A program made the translations under genes and the position numbers. DNA of 64,000 nt from Pseudomonadota bacterium. Its GTDB lineage: Bacteria; Bdellovibrionota_B; Oligoflexia; Oligoflexales; CAIYRB01. Below the pieces are notes generated by a model. It had not been told where the DNA came from and ran no database searches. It was given only the letters and a program-made list of their open reading frames with translations. The DNA is taken from assembly GCA_031416315.1 (NCBI GenBank), contig JANOTL010000159.1:9523-73522 (forward strand), given 5' to 3'. Positions 38,217 through 46,637 of this stretch are shown here, one piece after another. Numbering within the stretch: the first letter of the stretch is position 1; each line of letters starts with the position of its first letter.

Positions 38217-39071
38217 ATGCCTCACGCAGTCTCGCTCCCGATGCTCATGGGCTACCTAGTGTCTCCGATCACCTGGATCGTCTTCATGTTCGGGGCCATC
38301 GTCGGCAGCTTCCTGAACGTCTGCATCTACCGCATTCCGGAGGGAACCTTCTTCAAGCACGCGCGCTCGGTCTGCCGAGGCTGCGGTGCGCCGATCCCGA
38401 TGTACCTCAACGTGCCGATCTTGGGCTGGCTTTTCCTGCGCGGAAAGGCGCGGTGCTGCGGCGTCAAGCTGTCGCCCCAGTACCCCTTGGTCGAGCTTCT
38501 GGCCGCGATCGCCTTCGTGGTCATCTATTGGAAGTACCCGTTCATAGCCCTAAAAGGCGGCACCATCGAATGGCACTACGCGGACGCGATCCGTTGCGCC
38601 CATGCCGTGATCTTTTGCTCGCTCTTGATCGTGGTCTCCGCGATCGACTTCCGCTTGATGATCATCCCGGACGTGATCAGCCTGCCGATGATCGTGCTCA
38701 CGCCGGTCGTCGTGTGGCTCCACCCGGATCTGGACTGGCTGAGCGCGACGCTGGGAGTCGCGATCGGCGGTTTCAGCCTTTACGCCATAGCGTGGATCTA
38801 CTGGCTCATCCGTCACGAGGTGGGGATGGGCATGGGCGACGTCAAACTCCTGGCCGCGATCGGCGGCTGGCTGGGCTATCAAGCTATTATTCCTACCGTT
38901 TTTTATGGCTCGATCCTGGGCGCCGCCTCCGGTCTGGTGTTCATCGCCGCCAGCCGCAAGATGACTTTGAAGGCAGCCATCCCGTTCGGACCGTTTCTCG
39001 CGCTTGGTGCTATAATTCATTTGATCATCGGTCCTTATCTTCAAATGATCGCCTTCCGACCCGCCGGTTGA
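38217..39071 (+). CDS. pilD: Prepilin peptidase (A24)
   Basis: GSFLNVCIYRIP, SVCRGC, RCC, GMGDVKL, IPFGPFL. Confidence 0.93.
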   Translation: MPHAVSLPMLMGYLVSPITWIVFMFGAIVGSFLNVCIYRIPEGTFFKHARSVCRGCGAPIPMYLNVPILGWLFLRGKARCCGVKLSPQYPLVELLAAIAFVVIYWKYPFIALKGGTIEWHYADAIRCAHAVIFCSLLIVVSAIDFRLMIIPDVISLPMIVLTPVVVWLHPDLDWLSATLGVAIGGFSLYAIAWIYWLIRHEVGMGMGDVKLLAAIGGWLGYQAIIPTVFYGSILGAASGLVFIAASRKMTLKAAIPFGPFLALGAIIHLIIGPYLQMIAFRPAG

Positions 39072-39075
39072 GCCC

Positions 39076-40113
39076 ATGAACCACGTCCTCACATCAGGAT
39101 CTTTGGCCGACGTCGTGCGCTTGGGCGCAGAGCTGGGCCATGCGTTGAGCGGAGCGACGGGCTTCAAGGCCGTTCTGCGCCGGTTCGCCGAGGTCTTGGG
39201 GGCGAACTTCGGCGCCGAGCGGGTCGCCTTCGCCAAGATCGTCGGCCGGAACCATAAGCTCACCCTGAAGCGCCGCCTGGTCCGGTTGGCCTCCCTCGAG
39301 CTCCTGCCGGACGAGACGGTCGAGCTTCTTGGGAAGACCCTGGCGCAGACGGACGGCGGCGTCGCGGACATGCGCGAAGGCTTCACGAGCTTCTCCGTCG
39401 GCAACCAGGTCTACGGCTGCACGGTGGTCGAGGATCCCCAGTCGCGCGAAGGCTGCCTCGTCGTCTGGCAGCCCTTTCCCATGCAGGGAGAGAAAGACGA
39501 GGCGAGCGTCGCCCTGCAGGAGGCGCTCCTCGACGTCCTCGTGCGTCACCTTCAGGGCGAGTGCCGCTGGTATCGGAAGCTCGAAAAGACCCAGGCGATG
39601 CTCAATCGCGACGATCTGACCGGTCTTTACAACGCTCGTTACCTCGATCTGGTCCTCGACGCCGAGCTCCGGCGCGCCGAGCGCTTTCAGACGCAGTTCT
39701 GCCTCCTCTTCATCGATCTCGACGGCTTCAAGCCGATCAACGACAACCACGGCCACCTCTCCGGCAGCTCGGTCCTGAAGCAGGTCGCCGAGGTGATCCG
39801 CGACGCCGTGCGCGAGGTCGACGTCGCGATCCGCTACGGCGGCGATGAGTTCGTCGTCATCTTACTCGGCGCCACCTGCTCCAAGGGGCTCCTCGCCGCC
39901 GAGCGCGTCCGCAAGCGCATCGAGCAGAAGGATTTCGCGCTGGACGGCGGCGCCGTCGCGCACGTCACGGCTTCGATCGGCGTCGCGGCGTATCCAGACC
40001 ATGGTCAGGACCGCGAGACGCTTTTGAAGATGGCCGACGAGACGATGTATCACTCGAAACGCGCTGGGAAAAATCGAGTCTCGATCGTCGGACAGCGAGT
40101 TCTTGCGCCGTAG
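39076..40113 (+). CDS. Diguanylate cyclase
   Basis: DDLTGLYN, DLDGFKPIND, intact GGDEF preceded by RxxD I-site (REVD). Confidence 0.92.
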   Translation: MNHVLTSGSLADVVRLGAELGHALSGATGFKAVLRRFAEVLGANFGAERVAFAKIVGRNHKLTLKRRLVRLASLELLPDETVELLGKTLAQTDGGVADMREGFTSFSVGNQVYGCTVVEDPQSREGCLVVWQPFPMQGEKDEASVALQEALLDVLVRHLQGECRWYRKLEKTQAMLNRDDLTGLYNARYLDLVLDAELRRAERFQTQFCLLFIDLDGFKPINDNHGHLSGSSVLKQVAEVIRDAVREVDVAIRYGGDEFVVILLGATCSKGLLAAERVRKRIEQKDFALDGGAVAHVTASIGVAAYPDHGQDRETLLKMADETMYHSKRAGKNRVSIVGQRVLAP

Positions 40114-40131
40114 TTTTGTGGAGCTGAAACA

Positions 40132-40635
40132 GTGGACCGGAAGCAGGTAGGGAAACCGCCGAGCGCGAGCGCGACGCATCACGAGCATCACGTGCGTCCG
40201 CAGCACACGAACGCCATGGGCACGCTCTTCGGGGGCGAAGTCATGGCCTGGGTCGACACCGTCGCCGCCATCGCCGCGATGCGCCACTGCGAGAAGCCGG
40301 TCGTCACCGCCTCGATCGACGCGCTGCATTTTCTCGCGCCGATCCGCATGGGCTGGATCGTCAACTTGGACGCCAGCGTCAACTTCTCCGGCCGGACGAG
40401 CGTCGAGGTCGGGGTGAAGGTCGTCGCCGAGGACCCGATTCGCGGCGAGAAGCATCACACCGCCAGCGCCTACCTGACCTTCGTCGCCCTCGACGCCAAC
40501 GGCCGGCCCACGCCACTGCCGCCGGTCACGCCCGAGACTCCCAAGGAAAAGGAGCGGTTCGAGGCGGCGCAAGAGCGCCGCAAGGCGCGCCTCTCTCTCA
40601 AAGACACGTTGCAGCATCGTTTCGGCGAGAAATGA
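40132..40635 (+). CDS. Acyl-CoA thioesterase (YciA-like hotdog)
   Basis: NAMGTLFGGEVMAWVD, VTASID, GRTSVEVGV. Confidence 0.9.
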   Translation: MDRKQVGKPPSASATHHEHHVRPQHTNAMGTLFGGEVMAWVDTVAAIAAMRHCEKPVVTASIDALHFLAPIRMGWIVNLDASVNFSGRTSVEVGVKVVAEDPIRGEKHHTASAYLTFVALDANGRPTPLPPVTPETPKEKERFEAAQERRKARLSLKDTLQHRFGEK

Positions 40636-41924
40636 CGCACGCGCTCCTCATCCTGGCCTTGCTGTTCGGCCTCGCCGCGCCGGCTCCGGCCGCGGACGCG
40701 CCGGCGCGAGCCGAGCTGCCGCCGTTCATCCCGCCGCGGCCAAAAGATTACGCGAAGGTCGAGGTCTACCTCCTCACCGTCGGCCGCGGCGCGCAAATCC
40801 ACTCCCTCTTCGGCCATACCTTCCTGCGCGTCGTCGACACCGACATCAACCTCGACATGAACTTCAACTGGGGCATCTTCGACTACGCAGACCCGCTCTT
40901 CTTGTGGAAGTTCTACGTCGGCGACCTGACCTACCGCATGGAGGTCTCCGACTTTGCCGGCCTCGTGAACCACTACCGGAACGTCGAGAAGCGCCGCGTC
41001 AGCCAGGAGCACGTCAACCTCACGACGAAGCAGAAAGAGAAGCTCTACGATCGACTCATCTGGAACGCTCAGCCCGAGAACGTGAAGTACGAATATTCGC
41101 AGGTCTACAACAACTGCGCGACCAAGCCGCGCGACTACCTCGACGAAGCGGTCGGGGGCGGCATCAAGCGCTTCTACGCCTCGCGCTTTGGCCGCGACGG
41201 CTTTCGGACCTTCATCCGCGACGGCGCCAAGCAGTTCTTCTGGGCGGACGTCGGCCTCGACATGATCCTGAACTCGCATTACGACCGCGTCGTCACGCAG
41301 TGGGAGGAGATGTTCCTGCCGGCGCGACTCCGCCAGCATCTGAGCGAGATTCCCGCTTTCGACGACGCAGGCCTCCCGATCCGTGACCGGAACCTCCTCG
41401 AGGCGAGCGAGGTGATCATCGATCTGCCCGAGCCGCCGGCCGCCACGGATCCCTACTTCAAGCTAGCGCTCGTTTTTCTGCTGCCTTTGGGCCTCGTCTC
41501 CGGCGCTGCGTTCGGCCGCTATCCGACGCGGCGCGTCACTCGCAGCGTCGGTCTGATCACCGTCGTCTACGGACTCTGGTCCTCCGTCTGGGGGATGGCC
41601 TTGGTTTTCAACTGGCTCGTCTCCCGTTATCCTGAGGTGAAGCACAACGCGCACCTCTTCGCGATGTGGCCGATTGACTGGATCTTCGTGGCGTTCGGCG
41701 CGAAGCTTCTCTTCTCGGGCACCTGGCCGGCCTCGTCGACCTTCCTCTCCCGCGCCTGCGGCCTTCTCTCGCGCCTCCACGTCGCCGGCATCCTGCTCCT
41801 CGTGGCACTCGCCGCCGTCGGTATCGTCCAACAGAACGTCACGCCCGTGATCGCCTCGACCGGCGCCGCGGGGCTCATGCTTTACATGCTCCTCGCGCGT
41901 CGCATCGCGGCACGGGAAGGCTAA
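40632..41924 (+). CDS. DUF4105 membrane protein (Lnb-like lipoprotein N-acyltransferase)
   Basis: SLFGHTFLRV, FNWG, NNCAT catalytic-type motifs plus C-terminal TM helices. Confidence 0.75.
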   Translation: MTHALLILALLFGLAAPAPAADAPARAELPPFIPPRPKDYAKVEVYLLTVGRGAQIHSLFGHTFLRVVDTDINLDMNFNWGIFDYADPLFLWKFYVGDLTYRMEVSDFAGLVNHYRNVEKRRVSQEHVNLTTKQKEKLYDRLIWNAQPENVKYEYSQVYNNCATKPRDYLDEAVGGGIKRFYASRFGRDGFRTFIRDGAKQFFWADVGLDMILNSHYDRVVTQWEEMFLPARLRQHLSEIPAFDDAGLPIRDRNLLEASEVIIDLPEPPAATDPYFKLALVFLLPLGLVSGAAFGRYPTRRVTRSVGLITVVYGLWSSVWGMALVFNWLVSRYPEVKHNAHLFAMWPIDWIFVAFGAKLLFSGTWPASSTFLSRACGLLSRLHVAGILLLVALAAVGIVQQNVTPVIASTGAAGLMLYMLLARRIAAREG

Positions 41925-41926
41925 GA

Positions 41927-42727
41927 ATGCAGGGTCAAAAGGACAAGCTGTACAAAAGGTTCAAAGGGGGCGATCCGCGCGCCCTCGCCGAGCTGTTCGA
42001 AGGCGAGCGCAACGAGCTCTACGACTACCTGATGCGGATGACCGGTCAGATCGCGAAGTCCTCAGACACGGTCGACGAGGTCTTCCTTAGCCTGACGGAA
42101 GAGACTCTGGAGTCCGTCGCGACCTTCGGCGAATTCAAGACGATGCTCTTTGCTACGGCGCGTCGCTTCGTCTCCGAGGTGTGGAACGCCGACACCTCGC
42201 GCCTGATGAACGCCGCCGTCGACGGTCTCCACGAGACCGGCGCCAAGGTGGGCGAAGGCCTACCTGCGGAGCGCGAGCGCCATCGTCCCTTCGACCGCGC
42301 CGTCCGCGCCCTCCCGGGTCGCGAGCGTGAAATCGTCCTGCTAAAGGCGCGCAGCTCGTTCAACGACCTGGAGATCGCGACGATCATGGGGATCCCGATC
42401 AACCAGGTCGAGACCCTCGCGAACGCCGCATTCGCGCGGGTCTCAGCCGAGTGTTCCGGCCTGAACACCGCCTCCCTCATGGGCACGATCGCGCGCATGC
42501 CGCACCATCCCGAGCCCGTGCGCTCCTCCCAGCGCACGATCAACCTCAGCATGGTGATGCAAGACATCAAGACCAAGCCCGTCGGGCTGTGGTCACCTTT
42601 CCGCATCGTCGCCCTCGTGCTGCTCGCCATCGCCGGTTTCGTCTATGCGCTCAAGCCCGAGCTCTACTCGGAGCTGGCGGTGCTTGTGAAAGGCCTCCTC
42701 AATGTCGTCCCCGACCCCAGACCGTAA
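41927..42727 (+). CDS. ECF sigma-factor-like protein with C-terminal TM anchor
   Basis: GDPRALAELF..LYDYLMRMTG (region 2); LPGREREIVLL..EIATIMGIP (region 4); hydrophobic IVALVLLAIAGFVYAL. Confidence 0.72.
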   Translation: MQGQKDKLYKRFKGGDPRALAELFEGERNELYDYLMRMTGQIAKSSDTVDEVFLSLTEETLESVATFGEFKTMLFATARRFVSEVWNADTSRLMNAAVDGLHETGAKVGEGLPAERERHRPFDRAVRALPGREREIVLLKARSSFNDLEIATIMGIPINQVETLANAAFARVSAECSGLNTASLMGTIARMPHHPEPVRSSQRTINLSMVMQDIKTKPVGLWSPFRIVALVLLAIAGFVYALKPELYSELAVLVKGLLNVVPDPRP

Positions 42728-43976
42728 GCTCGCGCCGGCGCTCGCCGTCTTCACCATCGCGATGGCCGCCGCCTTCGTGCTCGGTGGCTATGAGCTCCTC
42801 CGCAGCCCGACGAACACGCTCTACGTGAAGGCCTACGGCAAGGAAAACCTGCCGATGGTGATGGCTTTCATCCCGCTGTCGGTCGCTGCCTGCGTGTACG
42901 CCTACGGGCGCATTCTCTCGGCCTTTGGCCCGCGCAAGACCCTGCTGATCACGACCTTGGGCTCGGCCGTCATCGTCGCCTTCTGCCAGTTCCTCGCCGA
43001 CCAGGGCTTGGCGCCCGCGACCGCGGTCCTCTGGCTCTTCCGCAACGCCTATGTCGTGATCATCATCGAGCAGTACTGGTCCTTCATCAACAGCGTCCTC
43101 GACGAGAAAAGGGCGGCGAAATACAACGGGCCGATCTGCGGGGTCGCCTCGATCGGCTCGGTCGCCGGCGCCTCGATCGGCGCCGCGCTCGCGGTGAAGT
43201 TCGGCTCCGCCTCGATGATTTATCTTTCCGCGCTGATGACCCTGCCCGCCGCCTTCGTCTCGGACGTCGCCTACCGCCGCGAGGGCGAGCCTCGGGACAC
43301 ACCGAAGGTTCCGCCGCGCGGCGCCTTTCAGCATCTCGGCCTAGCCCAGTTCAAGTCGTACCCGATCCTGATTCTGATCTTCGCCATCGTCGCCGCCACC
43401 CAGGTCGTTGCGGGCGTCCTCGCCATCGCCTGGCAAGGCGTCCTCTCGGATGCCTACTCGAACGTCGACATGCAGACCGAGTACTCTTACTCATTCTATG
43501 CCTGGATCAACGGCATCGCCGCCGTCCTGCAGTTCATCGCCGCGCCGTTCGTCATGCGCTATTTCAACTCCGGTATCGTCAACGTCCTGATTCCGACGGC
43601 GCAGATGGTCGCCATCGTCGTCTACCTGCGCGATCCGACGCTCGCCACGGTCTCCTTCGCCTACATGACCTTCAAATGCCTCGACTACTCGATCATCCGC
43701 GCCTCCAAGGAAGCGCTCTACATCCCGCTCCCGTTCGACGCCCGCTTCCGCGCCAAAGAGGTGATCGACGTCTTCGGCTACCGCTTCAGCAAGGGCATCA
43801 CCGCCGGCCTCATCGCGATCGCCCAGCGAACCGGCTTCGTCTTCCGCGACACGACCTATGCGGTCGTCGCCCTCGCCGCGATGGGCGTATGGGCCCTCCT
43901 TGCGGTGCCGCTCGCCATTCCGCGGGAAGACGACGAAGACGAAGATCCTGAAAATCTCGACGCCGCGGCGTCGTAA
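42702..43976 (+). CDS. NTT/TLC-family nucleotide (ATP/ADP) transporter-like MFS protein
   Basis: About 12 TM helices; YELLR, YWSFIN, DYSI..ASKEALYIPL..RFRAKEVIDVFGYRFSKG. Confidence 0.8.
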   Translation: MSSPTPDRKLAPALAVFTIAMAAAFVLGGYELLRSPTNTLYVKAYGKENLPMVMAFIPLSVAACVYAYGRILSAFGPRKTLLITTLGSAVIVAFCQFLADQGLAPATAVLWLFRNAYVVIIIEQYWSFINSVLDEKRAAKYNGPICGVASIGSVAGASIGAALAVKFGSASMIYLSALMTLPAAFVSDVAYRREGEPRDTPKVPPRGAFQHLGLAQFKSYPILILIFAIVAATQVVAGVLAIAWQGVLSDAYSNVDMQTEYSYSFYAWINGIAAVLQFIAAPFVMRYFNSGIVNVLIPTAQMVAIVVYLRDPTLATVSFAYMTFKCLDYSIIRASKEALYIPLPFDARFRAKEVIDVFGYRFSKGITAGLIAIAQRTGFVFRDTTYAVVALAAMGVWALLAVPLAIPREDDEDEDPENLDAAAS

Positions 43977-43987
43977 GGAGACCTGTC

Positions 43988-44488
43988 ATGCGCATCAAAC
44001 TCTGCCTCGCCCTTTTGGGCGTCCTCGCCACCACTCCGGCCGCTGCCAACGGCTGGACTCTAAACCTCGGCTATCAAAACCCTGCCGTCTCCACGTACGG
44101 CCTCAACTTCCTCCATTTCTGGACCGACTGGGCCTTCGAGATCGGCATTGGCTGGGTCGACGTTGATTCGCAGGCCAACAAAGACGACGACACGGACTCC
44201 GGCGGCGAGGACGACGACAGCGCGTCCGCCGCCCTGAGCATTGCCGGCGATCTCGACATGAAATACATGCTCGCAGGCGGCAAGTTTCGTCCCTACGTCC
44301 AAGGCGGCGTGGGCTACGGCATCGGCGCGGCCGCGGGCGACGACGCCGGGTTCGGCGCCGGCATCGGTGGCGTCTTCGTCGGCATCGGCCTCCTGGCAGG
44401 CTCCCCCGACCTCTACGTGTACGCCGCGTACAGCGTCTTCAGCTCGAAGGCCGGCTTCATCCAAGCCGGCGTCGGCTTCGGCATGTGA
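43988..44488 (+). CDS. Small outer-membrane beta-barrel protein
   Basis: Signal peptide, Gly/aromatic alternating strands, RPYVQGGVG. Confidence 0.75.
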   Translation: MRIKLCLALLGVLATTPAAANGWTLNLGYQNPAVSTYGLNFLHFWTDWAFEIGIGWVDVDSQANKDDDTDSGGEDDDSASAALSIAGDLDMKYMLAGGKFRPYVQGGVGYGIGAAAGDDAGFGAGIGGVFVGIGLLAGSPDLYVYAAYSVFSSKAGFIQAGVGFGM

Positions 44489-44494
44489 ACGGGC

Positions 44495-44531
44495 CGCGGA
44501 GAAGCCGGCATCCCTGCCGTACTTCTCCGCG
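44495..44531. terminator. Hairpin between convergent genes
   Basis: CGCGGAGAAG / CTTCTCCGCG with inner CGGCA/TGCCG stem. Confidence 0.5.
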
Positions 44532-44549
44532 CTTCCCTGCTCGGCCGAA

Positions 44550-45005
44550 TCAGTTCCTGATCACCACGCCGCCACCACCGCGCTCGACGTCGCGACGCAA
44601 CTCGCGCATCGCGTAATCCAGGTTCCGCAGCTGCTGCTCGGCGAAATACGTCGGCCGATGACGCGAGTAGTTCCACTCGCGCTTCAGGCTGCGATGCGCA
44701 TCCACGAGCAGGTCGTACGTGTAATAGAAGTCGTCGCGTCCCCAGTTGCTACGCAAGTCGTCAAGCAACGCCAACGAGTAGTCCAGGACGAGGCGCGCGT
44801 TGTACGTCGCGCGCTCGTCGGCGTCTTCGCGCGTCAGGATCTGCACCAGGATGTCAGCTTCGTACTCGACTTGCGCCACCGCGTACTCGAGGCGGCCGCT
44901 GCTGCGACCCGGATCGCGGTCGTTCGGGTGGGTGTGGTCGGCGAGGGCGTTGCCCGCGCCGGCGACGAATGCCAATGCGGCAAGGAGAAGGGTAGTCAGT
45001 TTCAT
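44550..45005 (-). CDS. Secreted helical hypothetical protein
   Basis: AGGAG RBS; signal peptide MKLTTLLLAALAFVAGAGNALA. Confidence 0.75.
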   Translation of the reverse strand: MKLTTLLLAALAFVAGAGNALADHTHPNDRDPGRSSGRLEYAVAQVEYEADILVQILTREDADERATYNARLVLDYSLALLDDLRSNWGRDDFYYTYDLLVDAHRSLKREWNYSRHRPTYFAEQQLRNLDYAMRELRRDVERGGGGVVIRN

Positions 45006-45249
45006 CGAACGGGCTCCTAAACTAGAGTTTGTTTGCTTGCGGGGGCCGTTACGCATTTGCGACTGCGGCCAACTTAGTTAATTTTTCCAATGAAATCAAT
45101 AAGTCACGCTGGCGCGGCGTTCCCCGAGCCGCCGCCCACAGAACGGCGCGAAGTTTGACCGGTTGGCCAACTTCCTCTAAAGTGTCCGTAAATCTCCGCA
45201 CTCGCGTTCTCGATCGAGCCAGACAAACCCAAGGAAGGGGGGGTCCATC

Positions 45250-46563
45250 ATGTCTTCAAGGAAGACTCTGTTCGCGTCCACCATCGTGCTCGGGGCGGCG
45301 GCCACCCTGCTCGCGGCCGGCACCCATGCAACGCCTATCAGCCCGGTCGCCGTGCTAAAGGGCGATGCGGCGAAAGCCGCAAATAACGCCTCGATACTTT
45401 ATCGCAATGTGGAATCCGGCGCGACCGTCGTGCGCGCGAAAGACGCCGGCAAGTCTGATTTTCAAGACATCTATCTCGTGAATACGCACAACTTCTTCGC
45501 GCTCCCGGACGAGTTCAAGACGTACGGCGAGACGCTCGTCTTCGAGCCCGGCCACTTCGCGGTCATGCGCTTGAATCCCGACCGCGTCGCCGCCCTCTCT
45601 CATCTCATGCACCACGCCGGCCTAGCCTGCGGTGTTCTCATGAAACTCGACGGCGACGCCGAGACGCCACCCGAGAAGATGGCCGGCACCCCGACTCCCG
45701 TCCTCCCGGTCGCTGTCCGTGACGTACGCGTCGAGGCCGCCGTCGCTAAGGTCAGCGCCGACAACATCCGCTCGACCATCGAGTTTATGGTCGGAATGGG
45801 AACGCGTCGCCACGACTCCTCGCAAGGTGCCCTCGTCGCCAACGCGCTTGGCGATAAGTACCGCGCGCTCGCCGTCGGCCGCGACGACGTCACGATCTCC
45901 GCGTACGATCACGGCAGCGAGACGCCGCAGGACAGCCTCGTCGTCCGCATCGAAGGCACCTCGCGCGACTCCGAGGTCATCGTCCTCGGCAGCCACCTCG
46001 ACAGCATCGCTTGGTTCGGCGGCACCGCTCCCGGCGCCGACGACAACGCCAGCGGCACCGCGACCAACCTCGAGATCTTCCGCGTGCTGATGGCGGAGGG
46101 CGTGCGCCCCGCTCGGACCATCGAGATCCACGCGTACGCGGCCGAGGAGGTCGGCCTCGTCGGCAGCGCCGACATGGCCTCGCGCTACAAAGAAGCGGGA
46201 ATCAACGTCGTCGCGATGCTCCAGCACGACATGACCCTATGGAAGGCGGCCGGTACTGAAGACAAGATCTGGTTCGTCACCAACAACACCGACTCCGGCT
46301 TCAACGATCTCCTCGCCACCCTCACCGACGGCTACGTCGGCATGAGCTGGGGCCGCGCCTCGCTGTCCGGCGGCTCGAGCGATCACGCCTCGTGGCGTCG
46401 CGAAGGCTTCGCCACGGCCTTCCCCTTCGAGAACCCGACCTCCTACAACCGCAACATCCACACCGCCGGCGACACCATCGCCAACTCCAACGCCTTCACG
46501 CAAGCCGCAGGCTTCGCGAAGCTCGGCCTCGCGTACGCGCTGCACTTTGGCGGCATCGAGTAA
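45250..46563 (+). CDS. Secreted M28 leucyl aminopeptidase
   Basis: GSHLDS, PGADDNASG, AAEEVGLVGS, SDHASW, IHT. Confidence 0.92.
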   Translation: MSSRKTLFASTIVLGAAATLLAAGTHATPISPVAVLKGDAAKAANNASILYRNVESGATVVRAKDAGKSDFQDIYLVNTHNFFALPDEFKTYGETLVFEPGHFAVMRLNPDRVAALSHLMHHAGLACGVLMKLDGDAETPPEKMAGTPTPVLPVAVRDVRVEAAVAKVSADNIRSTIEFMVGMGTRRHDSSQGALVANALGDKYRALAVGRDDVTISAYDHGSETPQDSLVVRIEGTSRDSEVIVLGSHLDSIAWFGGTAPGADDNASGTATNLEIFRVLMAEGVRPARTIEIHAYAAEEVGLVGSADMASRYKEAGINVVAMLQHDMTLWKAAGTEDKIWFVTNNTDSGFNDLLATLTDGYVGMSWGRASLSGGSSDHASWRREGFATAFPFENPTSYNRNIHTAGDTIANSNAFTQAAGFAKLGLAYALHFGGIE

Positions 46564-46588
46564 CCGCTGCGCCCGAGAAATTGGTGAG

Positions 46589-46618
46589 GTGGGCAGCGCC
46601 GGCTGCCCACTTTTTTTT
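46589..46618 (+). terminator. Rho-independent terminator
   Basis: GTGGGCAGC-GCCG-GCTGCCCAC followed by T8. Confidence 0.9.
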
Positions 46619-46637
46619 ATGCGGCGGGTCGGGACGA

